Positions 12,660 to 24,802 of a stretch of DNA of 64,000 nt are shown one piece after another. Where the stretch lies: assembly GCA_029953675.1 (NCBI GenBank), contig JAMWBK010000009.1, forward strand, positions 1,116,001 to 1,180,000, given 5' to 3'. A program made the translations under genes and the position numbers. This DNA is from Rhodosorus marinus CCMP1338 (taxonomy: Eukaryota > Plantae > Rhodophyta). The notes below the pieces were generated by a model that saw nothing but the letters and a program-made list of their open reading frames with translations, was not told the DNA's origin and ran no database searches. Positions within the stretch are counted from its first letter, which is position 1, and each line of letters starts with the position of its first letter.

Positions 12660-13548
12660 GAATCCAGTTCCCAAACTAGACCAAAAACCACGACAAACTT
12701 CTTCCTCCTACCCAGCGCAATTCATAGGTCTCTCCTTGTCCTACACCACACTGTCCACATTCCGCCTCTTAACATAGCCTCCCTCCTCCCTCACTGATGG
12801 TTGCCCAAATTTCTCTTATCAACTAGTGAATACACTATTTTGAGTGTTGCCGACAACTCGCCCTCATGCCAAATCCAGCCCTTTCTTCCCCCCCCCCCCG
12901 TGCAACCAAACATAAAACTCCATCCATTCTCTGAAAATATATGAATAGAGCTCATTTCTCCGTTTTGGGGTTCTTCTCCACCCTCTTCCAAGCGTGCACA
13001 TTGTCGAATACACCGCTGACACCCCCGTTCTATTCAATGGGTTCTGATTCCAAACCTTAAGAATTTGGTTTAAATTAGATGAGGTCTCTAGAAACCAACC
13101 CCCCCCGCCAACTTCCTCCTGGATAAGCATTTTTCCCTCTTGCCTTGTTTTCAGAGCCACTGGAAAACCTTAATAGCCCATAATGGACGTGGCAGTTTTA
13201 TTGATATTCGAGAATCTATTGTACCCGAGAACAACTCGCCTTGCTTTTTTCTTTTTTTTCCTTGCTATCTTCTTGTTTGGGACGGATTCGGTCTCCATTC
13301 CTGAATCATTGATTGGTGCTGGGCGCAAACCATGGTATCTTTTCATTGGTTAAAGAATGGTTTCATCTTTTATTTTGCCGTTGAGTTTTACGGCCTGGAA
13401 CGATTTCTACAGTCAGATTCAATTTACTTTTACGATATTCTGCTGTACCGTCCACGAGTGGATTCTCCAATGGCAATATAGGACCATCACAAACAAGTGA
13501 TGATTGGACTGTCAACTTTCGAACGGATAGCTAAGTGCTTTTCATTGG

Positions 13549-13830
13549 TTATAGAAATTTATTCTTCCCTTTCTTGACTGATTTTGATTGGCTTGGAGAT
13601 ACTTCCTCTTGGCTTTGCTGAATTTCTTGTTCCATGGAGGGACGCTGGTCCTCAACCTGGAGAATAGAGCTTATAGCACGGCAACTGCGAAGGTTAATTT
13701 TAGGATGTTTACGCTCCCCTCGGTTTCGTGCTGCTTGAGCTCTAGCGGAGCACAGGAACATCTGCCTTGAACCACAAGCTTTCGAATGCTCCATGGCTGA
13801 TCGGGATTGAATGCTGAGCAAACAGGACTG
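13549..13830 (-). mobile_element. Possible degenerate Ty3/gypsy RNase H fragment
   Basis: AISSILQVEDQRP followed by a frameshift to WNKKFSKAKRKY resembles A(I/L)GAVL.Q....P...SKK...AERNY. An upstream AFESL resembles the RT connection region. Confidence 0.3.
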
Positions 13831-13932
13831 ACGTTTGTCAATACCGACTCCCTGTTCGGGTACGTGCCTGGGTTAGGGCAAGACATAGTACACAGATTGC
13901 GTCATTGCCTCAGTGCCACTAGGATCAGGCTA

Positions 13933-14040
13933 GTAAGAGGTGTTAACCAGTTCACTGTCGACTGTTCCGCAGACTCTCAAGCTCTGTGCGTAAGAGGTGT
14001 TAACGCTGCAAATTGTGGAGAGAGCCCGCAGCTCTCAAGC
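13933..14040. repeat. Two-copy imperfect tandem duplication, period about 57 bp
   Basis: GTAAGAGGTGTTAAC at 13933 and 13990; CCGCAG(A)CTCTCAAGC is also repeated. Confidence 0.8.
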
Positions 14041-14189
14041 AGAACAACAAGTAGCCGAAACCCGCTGGGCTTGGATGACCGCTTATGCGACTGCTGGATT
14101 AGTTTGTGACTAATCTGCAGATTTTTGCCCAACTTGGCAGTCCTTCAGAGGTGGAGGATTAACTGAGCTATCCCACCACTGTTTTATGC

Positions 14190-14285
14190 AATGTGTCTTT
14201 CTCTTAATCAGATTGACACCTGCCTTTCCAACTACATTTCTATGGAATGTGTCTTTGTCTTGATCAAACTGACACGTGCCTCGTC
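14190..14285. repeat. Two-copy imperfect tandem duplication, period about 56 bp
   Basis: AATGTGTCTTT.TCTT.ATCA.A.TGACAC.TGCCT at 14190 and 14246. Confidence 0.8.
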
Positions 14286-14517
14286 GCTTCGATGAAAGCG
14301 TGAAGTAGCCGAAAAGGGTAAATTATAGAGGACGTGCGACAGGAAATGACCCACGCTGAACTTCTTGCCGTTCAACCAAGCCAACCACACTCAGCAGGTT
14401 GCAGTGGATACACAGCTCGACATGGGATGTGCTGGATTTTTGTGCTCCAGCTGATAAGCATTTCCAGTCCGTTCCTGCTACCTTCTGCTTGGCCAACTTC
14501 TCGGACTTCTGGCTCCC

Positions 14518-15145
14518 GCCCGCTCCCTCAAAAAGGAAGAGCGCGTACCACGCCAGCATCGATAGGACTGCAACGGAGATAGCGAGAACCTCCTGCACTA
14601 AAAGAACGCTTCCGACACCCTCTGCCCGCTCCCCAAAAAGGGAAGAACGCAAACCACGCCAGCATCGATCGGACTGCAACGGAGATAACGAGAACCTCCT
14701 GCACTAAAAGAACGCTTCCGACGCCCTCTGCTCGCTCCCCAAAAAGGGAAGAACGCAAACCACGCCAGCATCGATCGGACTGCAACGGAGATAACGAGAA
14801 CCTCCTGCACTAAAAGAACGCTTCCTACGCCCTCTGCCCGCTCCCCAAAAAGGGCTGGAACGCGAACCACGCCCGCATCGATCGGACTGCAACAGAGATA
14901 ACAAGAACCTCCTGCACTAAAAGAACGCTTCCGACGCCCTCCGCCCGTTCCCCAAGAAGGGAAGAATTCGAACCACGCCAGCATCGATCGGACCCCAACG
15001 GAAATAACCGGAACCTACTGCACTAAAAGAACGCGTCCGACGCCCTCTGCCCGCTCCCCAAAAAGGGAAGACGCGAGCCACGCCCGCATCGATCGGACTG
15101 CAACGGACATAACGAGAACCTCCTGCACTAAAACAACGCTTCCGA
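14518..15145. repeat. Tandem array of a 106-bp unit, about 6 copies
   Basis: The equivalent position recurs at 14545, 14651, 14757, 14864, 14970 and 15075 (periods 106, 106, 107, 106, 105). Unit: CCCGCTCCCCAAAAAGGGAAGAACGCAAACCACGCCAGCATCGATCGGACTGCAACGGAGATAACGAGAACCTCCTGCACTAAAAGAACGCTTCCGACGCCCTCTG. Confidence 0.97.
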
Positions 15146-16969
15146 GTGGCCAAAAAGGAGCGCCCCCTGCGTACGACAGAAAACCGCGCTGCCCCACCAT
15201 ATAGCACAACAGGATCAGCCACCAATCGTCTTCCTTGGTCAAAACGTGCAGCCTAGAGTAATACAGCCAGGACCTCAGACATTGCATGTAAAGTTCAATG
15301 CACTATATTCCCGTCGGATAAAAATCTGTGCTGCATGTACTTTTCCTCTTCAGTTTGCCGCCTATCCAAAAAGACAGCAGATGCCCAACCATCGTAGCCG
15401 TTGTCGAAAGAGAAAAAAGAAGAGAATACCTTGGCAAAGTCGCATCCCTTCTCCATCATCAGCGAGACGAATTTCGCCACTGACAGAAAAATACCACAAC
15501 GTCCATTGCACTTAATCAATCAAAATACACATTTTAAATATTCTATTGACCTAATTCTTCTACTTTTCATGTAGGGCTTCCAAGAATATTTGTCATTTAG
15601 GAAATAATTACAATGTATTCAATCCAAATGCCGATGCGCCATGGAGGGTTTCACGTCCGTAGATATTTAACGCCGATTTGTAAAGAAATTCAATATATGA
15701 ACATCCAAGAATTATGTCGGAGCAGTTTACGTCATCCACTCACTTTCCAACACATCCAAAATCGTGCCAGCTGAATGGATGAATTTCTGTTTTTTTAAAT
15801 ATTGTTTGTCAACAACCAGAGAAAGAGGGCTTCGAAAAGTTAAACTAAAATAAATTTGCTGAAAAGGCTTGAAACCTCCATTTACGGATATGTCCTGCTT
15901 TTAAATTGACAAACCTGTCATATTCCAAGAACCGTTTTTTTGCGGGTTCTTAACGGATTCCATTGGCGTCCTAGAAAAAGGACGTATCCCGGACCATTTT
16001 TCTTCCCACATTGTTTCATTCAAGCAGTCATTATCATTCGTACAAACCATTTCGGCTAGGGCGGGAGAGGACTAAGGCGTCCCCTATCCTGTCCAAAAAA
16101 TTGTTTATTCAAAATATTGGCTGCGCTATTCCATGGATACCCCCCCTAAACAGATCGGGACGCAATCAATTTAAGATAGCCTTCCCTAAACATCATCTGT
16201 TCGTCCTATTTACTTCAATAAAACAACGAGATGGCCACAGAATTTCATCTCATGGTAAGCCCTCGCCCTTTCTGTGCAAAATAGAAAACCGGGGTGCATA
16301 TTTCTACGGATCCTAGACCAAAAAAAGACGGGGTCGGTTTCTTTCGAAAATACTTTTGAAAAACATGAATCTGTTGTTTGGGTGGCGTTCGTTGATTGAA
16401 CTTCTTTGGGATTTTCTGATTTTTCTCCCTTTTCGCCAAGCTTCCCCCTCCCTGTTCTTTTTTGTAAGTTTTTTGTTGTTTGTTTTTGTGCGCCTCCCGC
16501 TGATGGAGAACTCTTTCGTCAAGTTTGAGAGAGAGAGACAGGGAGAGAGTTATATGTCTCCCTGGGAAGCCACTTTGCGATGGGTAAAATCTGGGCTGAG
16601 AGAGCATTTGGGATGGGGAGGTTGAGCGAGGGGGGAGGGGAGGGGAGGAGAGGGGAGGAGAACGGGGATAACTTGTAGTGTAGACGGGGGATGAGGGAGA
16701 ATGAAAATCTGATTGATCTTAGAACTGTTAACTGAAAGGCTTTGAACTTTTTTGTGTGTGTGTGAGAGAGAGAGAAAGAAAGCTTTGAGGTGAACAGCAT
16801 TTGCTGGCTTACGGGTGGGGTTGCTTGGGTCTGGGAGAAAGGAGGCATTCAGAGTAGCAACCGAGGAGTGTTGTTGTATGAGTTTCGGCTTTGGTAATCT
16901 GGTGGGTGGGTGGGTGTATCTACTGAAAGGAGGGAGGCAAGGGGAACGGTCGAGGTATTGTTCTTCAAG

Positions 16970-19282
16970 ATGTTGTTACGTTGGTTGGCCGTTCGGGCTG
17001 ATGACTCTGGCTCGGATGATGATGGCTTTATAGAGGACTCTTTATTAACGGAGCTACTGGGGATTGGGATTATTGTGTTTAACCTGATCTTTGCTTTTGC
17101 TCTGAAAAAGCTTGAGCCATGGGCAGAGAAGAGGCACCCGTACATTGGAATGACAATGAGGGTTATGTATAAAGAGCTCATGAGCCTTGGAATCATTGCT
17201 CTCATATTCACTTTGATCGAGGTCGCGGTGCATCCTTCAAAAACTGTTGTCATTGCCTTTGAGTATGCGCACATATTCTTGTTCTTTTTAGCCGTGATGA
17301 ACATAATCGCGGTGGGTGCAACTACATACACCAGTCTGCGAATCAGCCGTACGTCTTACCGCACAGGAGTTCTCTCTCAAGGGGGTTTTTTGCTGTTGAA
17401 ACGGTTCTCTGATTCCTTGCAACTCGACGGCAATTCATCTCTTCAATAGGACGATGGAAGAAGTTTCAGAACCTTACTACTTTCAAGTATGAAAAGGACA
17501 AGAACGAGTATGAGGCGCTTTCTACGAAGAAGCACAGTCACCATAATATTTTCTGGGAGAGTCTTGTTTGGCATGGTTGCAACCTCAGGAAACTCCATAG
17601 ATTTAACTACCTCCATGACGAGATGAACTTTCATGACTTGCGAATACAGTTCCTGCACTACATGGATTTACCCCCGGTTTTCAACTTTTCGAAGGTTTGG
17701 CCTCCATGCTGCAATCATCTTGTAGAGAGTTCCGGACGCGTGAAATTTGAAACTGATCCAGTGCAATTGTCAACGTTTGCAGTACTTAAGACATGTGAAA
17801 TCCACTATCTTCGTGGAACTGGTTGAGATTGCGTGGTACAGTTGGCTGATGGTTCTAGCGATATTCGTGGTGGACTGCATTCGTAGAATATTTTACGCAT
17901 CTCTCACATATGACTTGGCGATGTTGATCGCGCTCCCGTGGTGCAATTTCATCCTGTGCTTCATCATCTACCGGAAAGTGAAGCACATTTATTGGGAAAT
18001 GACGAAGCATCCTGGTGGGCGCCGCCGCACACATCCGTATCGTTGTCTGGAGTGTTTGTTGAGTCACTCTGCTGAAGGCGCTCTTCGATCCATCGTTCTT
18101 GAATAGGGTTGTACTTTGATGAGGGGAGTGTGCTTGCGTCCGAGCTGGATCTCGAAGAAAAGGGAGTCCAGCCTAGGTACAGCTTTGCGTCTACGAGCAT
18201 ACCTGATGATCGTGATTCAGAGGAGAGACCCTCAGCTCGCGCACTTGCTAGATATTCGGTAGGTTTGTCATTCCGTGCAATGCTTCGGGTAAGTCAATCT
18301 TCTGAAGTGACTACTACGTTCACGCGGTTCTCCCAGAGAGAGGAAGCCCGAGTGAGCCATGAGAAGAGCAGGAAGGAATTCGTTTCGAACTTGTATTCCA
18401 CGGAATCTTCAGCACCACTCTGGAAGGGAGTTGAACATCGCCATAACGCCAATGAGGCTTCGAAGCTCGTACGATCAACCCAGGTGGCTGTGGAAAGCGA
18501 TCTCGGAGAAAACGGAATACCAACTGAATCAGCGGAAACCAAGGGTAGGGATCAAAGGCTTGTGTCTAGTTGTTGAACACGTCACAGATCTTGATCGCTC
18601 GAAGTCTCATTCCGCGTCCTCCTGTTCTTGCGTAGCCTCTGTCCGTTCCTCAGTCTCGGATAAAGCATCTGTGGACGGGAGAGACAATAGGATGTCGCTT
18701 GACGGGCGTGCAGGTTCCGTTGTGTCGGATGATGCTATGAACGTCAACAAAACGATTCATGAACACGCAATTGAAGTGAAGATGGCACGCGCCGAGGATA
18801 CAGGGCATCCGAGGTGGTTGACCTTTTTCATTCCTAGACTAAAACGGAAAGCATCGTCGGCGGAGAAGTTATTCTGGTTTGGATCAGCGCACTTCTTTGC
18901 CTGGTTGTGTCAGATGACGCTTTTATTCTCGGTCATTCTGATGACGTTGAACATCACGGACCTTATTTTTGATCCTCCGAGATCGGCAGAACCCTACTTC
19001 CTTGTCGCGCTGGTTTCTGCTATAATAACGTTCATTCTGGTGCAAATCATTCTGGCCTTCACGATGAAGAAGTACACGATCGTGCTCAACGCCGCGCACC
19101 TCGTAGAGGACGAGCTCTCGGCCGTGCTTATTGAGGAGTCCCTGAACAATGGGCTCGTCGAAGACTACGATGACGATGATGATTCAGACGATGACTCAGT
19201 GCACAGCGAAGCGGAAAAAAAGGCTCGTATGAGAAGTCGTCTATACTTTCTAGGTTTTATGCGCCAGAAGCTCAGGATCTAA
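16970..19282 (+). CDS. MLO-like seven-transmembrane protein, about 5 exons
   Basis: KELMSLGIIALIF, AHIFLFFLAV, FNFSK|YLRHVKSTIFVELVEIAWYSW and LFWFG match MLO-family motifs. Introns at 17349-17449, 17695-17782 and 18015-18106, plus one ambiguous intron near 18470-18570. Confidence 0.8.
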
Positions 19283-20191
19283 CGCGGGCCCAACGTTCCT
19301 GATACACAAAGCGCAATCAATTTATTTTCAACTCGGTGGACTGGTTTCTATCCAGCCCACTGAACCTAGAGATTAAGGCCAAGCTAGGCGAGGTGCCATA
19401 GTTGTCGCGCCGGTTGTGAGCTCCACGCCGGAACCTGTTGTATACGTAATAAAGAGTTTTGCAGTTTGTTTTGAGTCTGAGGAAGTTTGGTTCAAAGAGA
19501 ATCAAACAGTGATTATTTTTGCTCATCGCTCAGCATCACAGGAGAAGACGTTTCCTCTTTCGAAGGAGTCGTCCTCTTTTGGGTAGCGTGTGGAGTTTGT
19601 GCATCACACCAGCCAGCCGCCGCCAAAAAACTTGACGAACTTCAGCCGGTTTGACAAATGCCGAACTCATCCTCGCGATAGTAAATCAAAATTCCAGGAA
19701 CAAAGCATAGGCTGGGACGCGGATCAAAACAGAGGAGCAGAACACCTACCTCAATAACCAGCGGGATTGGTCTGAAAGCTTCTTTCCTTCCAGAGCTCTA
19801 CCCCTTCAGTGTACAAATTCGAGTGCTCTCGGGTGGACCGCCGCATCTCCAGGACCTGATGTTGAAAACACTCTAATCACCTGAAACGTGATTCGCGCAC
19901 GATCGAGGACCTTGGCGATGGGTTCATGTGTCGTGATGAATAATAGATCGCCAATTCTCCTCCGTGATTGAACTCACACAAGCACAAATAGTACATCGTA
20001 TGGAGCTACAGCTCTCCAACCTGGCAACAACTGAACCTTCTTGCCGGTGACGAGTGAACTCGACGGATCCAATACCACCAACTAGTCATCAACGGCTGCT
20101 TAAGACTTGAGCTTGCGAGCGACAGCTCAAGTGGAGTCGAGGAAGCTTGCTTGTGCTGCGTTTTAGATTTATCTGGCATTGAAGCCGGGCT

Positions 20192-20852
20192 TCAGACATC
20201 AGAGTCAGAGTCAAACCCTTTCTGCCACTCTCCATCATCGGGTGATTCTTGTTCATTGTCCTGGCTCTTCTTTTTCTTCCGCTTCTTCCGAGCTATTGAA
20301 TCATCCGCTATCGCAATCTTCTTCTTCCTTTGAACAGCCTCGATCTGTACGACCATCCAGCGTTGCAAATCGCGTTCGAGTTAGAAAAAACACAATAGTA
20401 GGTTGCAAAAGCATAACCGCAAGCATATGACTAACAGGGCTTACCCGGACCGTTAGCTTCTCCTTGATAGGTTCTGTAGACATCAACGAAAGCTTGGATC
20501 CACGAGACAAATGGTACAAACTACCCGATCCACTGGAGCCCAAATCATGGAACTCATCCTCGTCGTCGTCGCCGACGGTCTCAACGCTCAGAACTAATCC
20601 CTCCAGTTTGTTTTCGTCAGTACGCTTCCTCTTCTTCGTGGTCGTTCGATCCTTGACCTCAACGGCGACGAGGAAGACCCCATCCTTCCGTACGGAGTAG
20701 ACGCCGAGCTCCTCATCAAAGTCCGGATGTCTATCTCCTAGAAGCCTGTAGTTCTTTAGTCGGGAAAACCCCTCTTCTTGAGGAGAAGAATTATCCTTCT
20801 GCTCCTTCGGTCGCCATTTAACTTCCAAGGGCTTCACCTTCTTCGATGTCAT
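20192..20852 (-). CDS. Hypothetical protein with possible C1q/TNF-like beta-sandwich and basic NLS-like motifs, 2 exons
   Basis: ATG at 20852. A GTAAGC...CTAAC...CAG intron joins KLTVR to IEAVQRKKK...FDSDSDV*. Fold call rests on FDEELGVYSVRKDGVFLV and GSGSLYHLSRGSKL. Confidence 0.6.
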
Positions 20853-21623
20853 ACCGCTTCTGATCTCCGATTTACTAGTTCAGTTCACTAGGGCCCGAAC
20901 TGGTTGCCGTTCTACTTGCGTGTGGCCGCGACAGGCAACTTAATATAGATTCGTCCTGCAGGTAGCTGCACTGCCCCAATGCGCACGTGCACCGACGGAC
21001 GGGCGGTGCGACTGCGAAACTTTCAGATGGGAATAATTACCATCTGATTACCGACTATTCGTGATGGGTTCGGCAGCAAAATTCTGGTCAACGCTTACAA
21101 CGGCGGAGCTCGTTGGGAGAAGGCATTTAAGAGTTTTCGATTTGCAAGTATGGTTTCCTGCTTGTTTCGAAATGGTTTTAACTTCTAGCAACCCTTGGGA
21201 GCCACTGATCAACAGCAGCTGCTCAGGATAATATAAAACAAACATCAACAAAAAAAAAACCAGTCTACGGCGCTCCTTGTTAGGCCTCTCGAGCTGAGAG
21301 GTGAAGCGCATGCTCGTGAACCTCGCTGTTGCGCTACAATCACAAACCCACACGTTTGAAAGCGGGCCTGTCCTCCGAGGAAACGGCTATCGCTTTGAAC
21401 AAGCAGAACAGAACATGGACTTGCCCAGCTAAGGAACTCGCATCCGACTAGACACTGACATGATGAACGCATCCGGGGCTAAAAGCCACGGGGAACGTTG
21501 CGGAGGAAACCATCGCCAATTCCCTCGTAACTGCCAACAGGCAGCAGCTTTCTGTACAGTAGCAGCAGAGCTCTTGCTCGAGCAAACAATACGTTTATAC
21601 GTTTAATAGGTTTGCTCGAGCGC

Positions 21624-24600
21624 TCACTTGGCTGTTTGATCGGTTGATATGGTCTTTGGCTGACTTCTCTCCAACCCTTTTCCTGCATCCAATGTAGTCT
21701 CCTGGTGAAACTCGTGGAAAGCGCCCTTGCTCACTATTCCCTTCATCCTCATTTCAAGATCTTTCAGAATCTTTATGTCAGACTCCATTAGTTCAGCCGA
21801 CGCCGACAGCTCCGCTAGATCAACCGCGTATGCCAAAATTGATCCGGAAGGATCCGACTCGTACAAGTTGATCGAGGCTTGGCTTTCGGCGTTTTTGAGC
21901 CTCAAGTTTCCCCGGAAAAACCTTAGCTGAATGCCTTTCAGCAACACCATCTCCTGGCACCACTCTTCATCAGTCAGAGGTGGTTTCCATACCCTATAAT
22001 TCCTCCTTGCGTTGTTGAACTGTGGATCCCGATTGGGAAACACCAGCCAGTCGAACTCGCGGACCTCTTCCCGAACCTTTCCCCTAAATACACTCACGGC
22101 TGATGGGAACCTCCGAAAGTCTTCGAGCACTGCTACAACGCTACTAAAGCATGTCTTCCCCACATCTCTTGCCCAGGAGGTAAGGTCCTCATCCTGAGGT
22201 TCGCTAGCATTTTCCACGACCCATATTGAGCTTGATATCGCCACCAAGCACTTTGCGATGTCGAAGTAGTCCGTTTTGTTTTCTGGCCTCAAAGCGAGGA
22301 CGTCCAACGCTCCAGGCCGGTGTGCAGACACAATAGGTGTTGAGGTGATGTTTGACGAATCCTTGTTGCTGTTCATCGGATCTTCACTGCGGGGTGTTGG
22401 CCGAATAGGTACAAATCCTTTCTTATTGCCATTGGCCCCATTCACAGATCCTTGTACTCTCTCTGACGGCGACTTCGTGGACTTGTCCCCCTTGTCTATT
22501 CCGGGCTTTTGGCCAGGTGGTTTTGTTGTCGCAGGGCTGCCAATTGGCTTCGAATTGTGGACACCTCCTGCAGACCAAGAACGATCACTAGCTTAGCAGT
22601 CACGTCCATGTCGATCAGAATCAAGACACGAGGCAGAAACACTAACCGTTCATCGGAGGGGTTTCTCTAGCCACTGGATCCTCCGCCGGTCTAGTCTTTG
22701 GAGGCCTGCCTCGCTTAGGCAGGTGGCGGTCCTCATCCACATCAGTCGACGGCTAATTCAAATGCGGAAAATCCGATATGAGCAGGAGTCGGAGCGCAAA
22801 CAGAATCTTTAGGGGACTTCTTCTGTTCATTACCGCTTTTCTCTTGCTTTTTACCTGCACGGCGTTTGGCATGCGTTGGGGGCCTCGTGTTTCCTGAGTG
22901 TCCGGTCGCTGGTTATGTTTCGGAGCCGGACCCGTAGGCATCCCAGGTCCTACCCGGGTGTTGGGGAAAGCATGCGCGGCTGGTCCCTTGGCAGAAGTCG
23001 TCTCAGGAGAGGGAGCAACCGACTCTGGGACCTGGAGCGAAAAGCACAAGAAAGGGGTCGAACATGCGTTTGTGAGCAAGTTCGTTGAACAATACGCATT
23101 CCCAATTCAGCCCAAAGCGTCTGATAGCCTTACGGTTGGAAGAGCGTTCGCTTGCTCCTTTGGTAGAATTGACGGCTTCAAGGATACGTCGGCGGGTTTA
23201 TGCGTACCCAGCGGCTGATCGGGATCTACGAGGGCAGGAGCTCTCAGTTTTCAGCGTCAATGGGGTGAGGTCAAGGGGACCACGGAAAGTCGGTGACTGC
23301 CAGGCCCGATTCTACTCAACCTGTGATACTTCGGACAAATGCGCTTACTTGCTTGGACAGGCTGGTAGAAGCTACGCTGCCCGAAGAGCATTCCAATGTC
23401 GCTTCTTAGCTGCAGAATCTCAGCCCTCTGCAGAGTTGATTCCTGTTGCATCACAAACATATGCTCCCGCAACAATCGAACCTCGTCGAGAGTATCTGAT
23501 ATCCATTTCTGCGTTTCATTCTCGTATAACGGTGCTCCCCTTTCTTTCATGGCCGTAAGTCGCTCAGATCCACCTCCCAAGCTCTCTCGCACTTGCTTGA
23601 CCTGGGTAGAGAAGCAGAACAAGCTGAGATTTCATCAAATCCCCACTGGAACCAAATATGATCGATAGAGTACGTACCTTTTCAGACACGCGTTGTGTCA
23701 CGGAGACTCGGGGATCATCCACCTTATCGCTCAAGGGGTTCGCAGGAGCGGGAGCAACTGGCAAAACGTTTGATGGTGATCCTATTTGATTCGGAGCTGC
23801 TGGGGAGGCATCAGGCACAGCGTTTGAGAGTGGGAGTTCCTTCACGTTTGTCGTCGGAGAAGGCAGATTCTGGATGCTTTTCTGGATGCTCTTCTGTACA
23901 CTGTTTTGGAGTTCCTCAGTTAGATTGGATGCCTCTACATTGATTGCTTGCTCTCCAATTGGAGTTGCGGGAGATTTTCCATTTCCTGGGGCCGCATCAT
24001 CTGGGGTAGAATTTTTCCTCTGTCCCGCCGCAGGAGGTTCAGGGGTTGCCATGACTCCCTTCTCTGCAAGCTTCTCTTTCTCTCCTCCACGTTTGTTTGT
24101 CTCTACCTGGATAGCAGGCGCCGTATCCGTTGTCTGAAGTTTACGGGAAACCAAAAATCTTAAGCGTTAGCAAAGCATGCCTAGTACCGTACGAAACGGT
24201 GGAAACAGTCCAAGCCGTTTCCAATCCTTAGACTAAGCTAAGCCACATCCCGACAGGGACTGTGGACGGGATGTTATGGGACAGATCAAAACTAAAAAAA
24301 TATCAGAATTACTTGCCGTTGGTTCCGATTCCCAAGGGTTTGTGCTGCCCTTGTTATCGGGCTGAGGCTTTCCCGATTTTGACAAATTACCCGTAGGCTG
24401 GGTTAGCTCAGGACCAGACCGCCGGTTCTCTTCAGGCGGAGCCCTCCTCGCGTTCTCAGCAGAAAGTCTAGGAGGCGTTGATCGGATGTTTTCTGGGTGC
24501 TGGGCTGATCGCTTGTTCTCTGGAATTTCCGCTATCCGAGAAGTATTCGCGCTTTGAATAGATATAGCGCGAAGGCTTTTCGCTTTGTCCCACAAGGACT

Positions 24601-24802
24601 TTTCCTCGGAGCTCGTGAAGCGCCACCTTTCCCTGAGCAGATCCAAAACTTCCTCATCTCCGTCCTCGTACTTTACCTTATGCTTACGAGACTTTGCATC
24701 GTACTTGTTTATTACACACCCATAATATTTATTGTCAAGAGGCCAAAACACTTGAATTGACCTCCCCTCGAGCTCAACACCGTACTTTACACCCTTAGCC
24801 AT
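21624..24802 (-). CDS. Large multi-exon putative chromatin protein: N-terminal Tudor-like domain, coiled coil, AT-hook, C-terminal helical domain
   Basis: GRSIQVFWPLDNKYYGCVINKYDAKSRKHKVKYEDGDEEVLDL is Tudor-like (as in plant MSH6/PDS5). KRGRPPK lies near 22700. Phase-compatible introns link ORFs 24233-24832, 23564-24154, 23257-23622, 22753-23079 and 21624-22445. Confidence 0.7.

Noticed and set aside
14518-15145. CRISPR array, coding repeat or hammerhead retrozyme
   Set aside because: The whole unit repeats with no unique spacers and there are no cas genes. The 106-bp period shifts frame. No CTGATGA...GAAA hammerhead core is present.
15180-15205. TGGTGGGGCAGCGCGG as an LTR primer-binding site
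   Set aside because: It is not preceded by an LTR-terminal CA, no LTR pair was found, and I could not match it to a tRNA 3' end.
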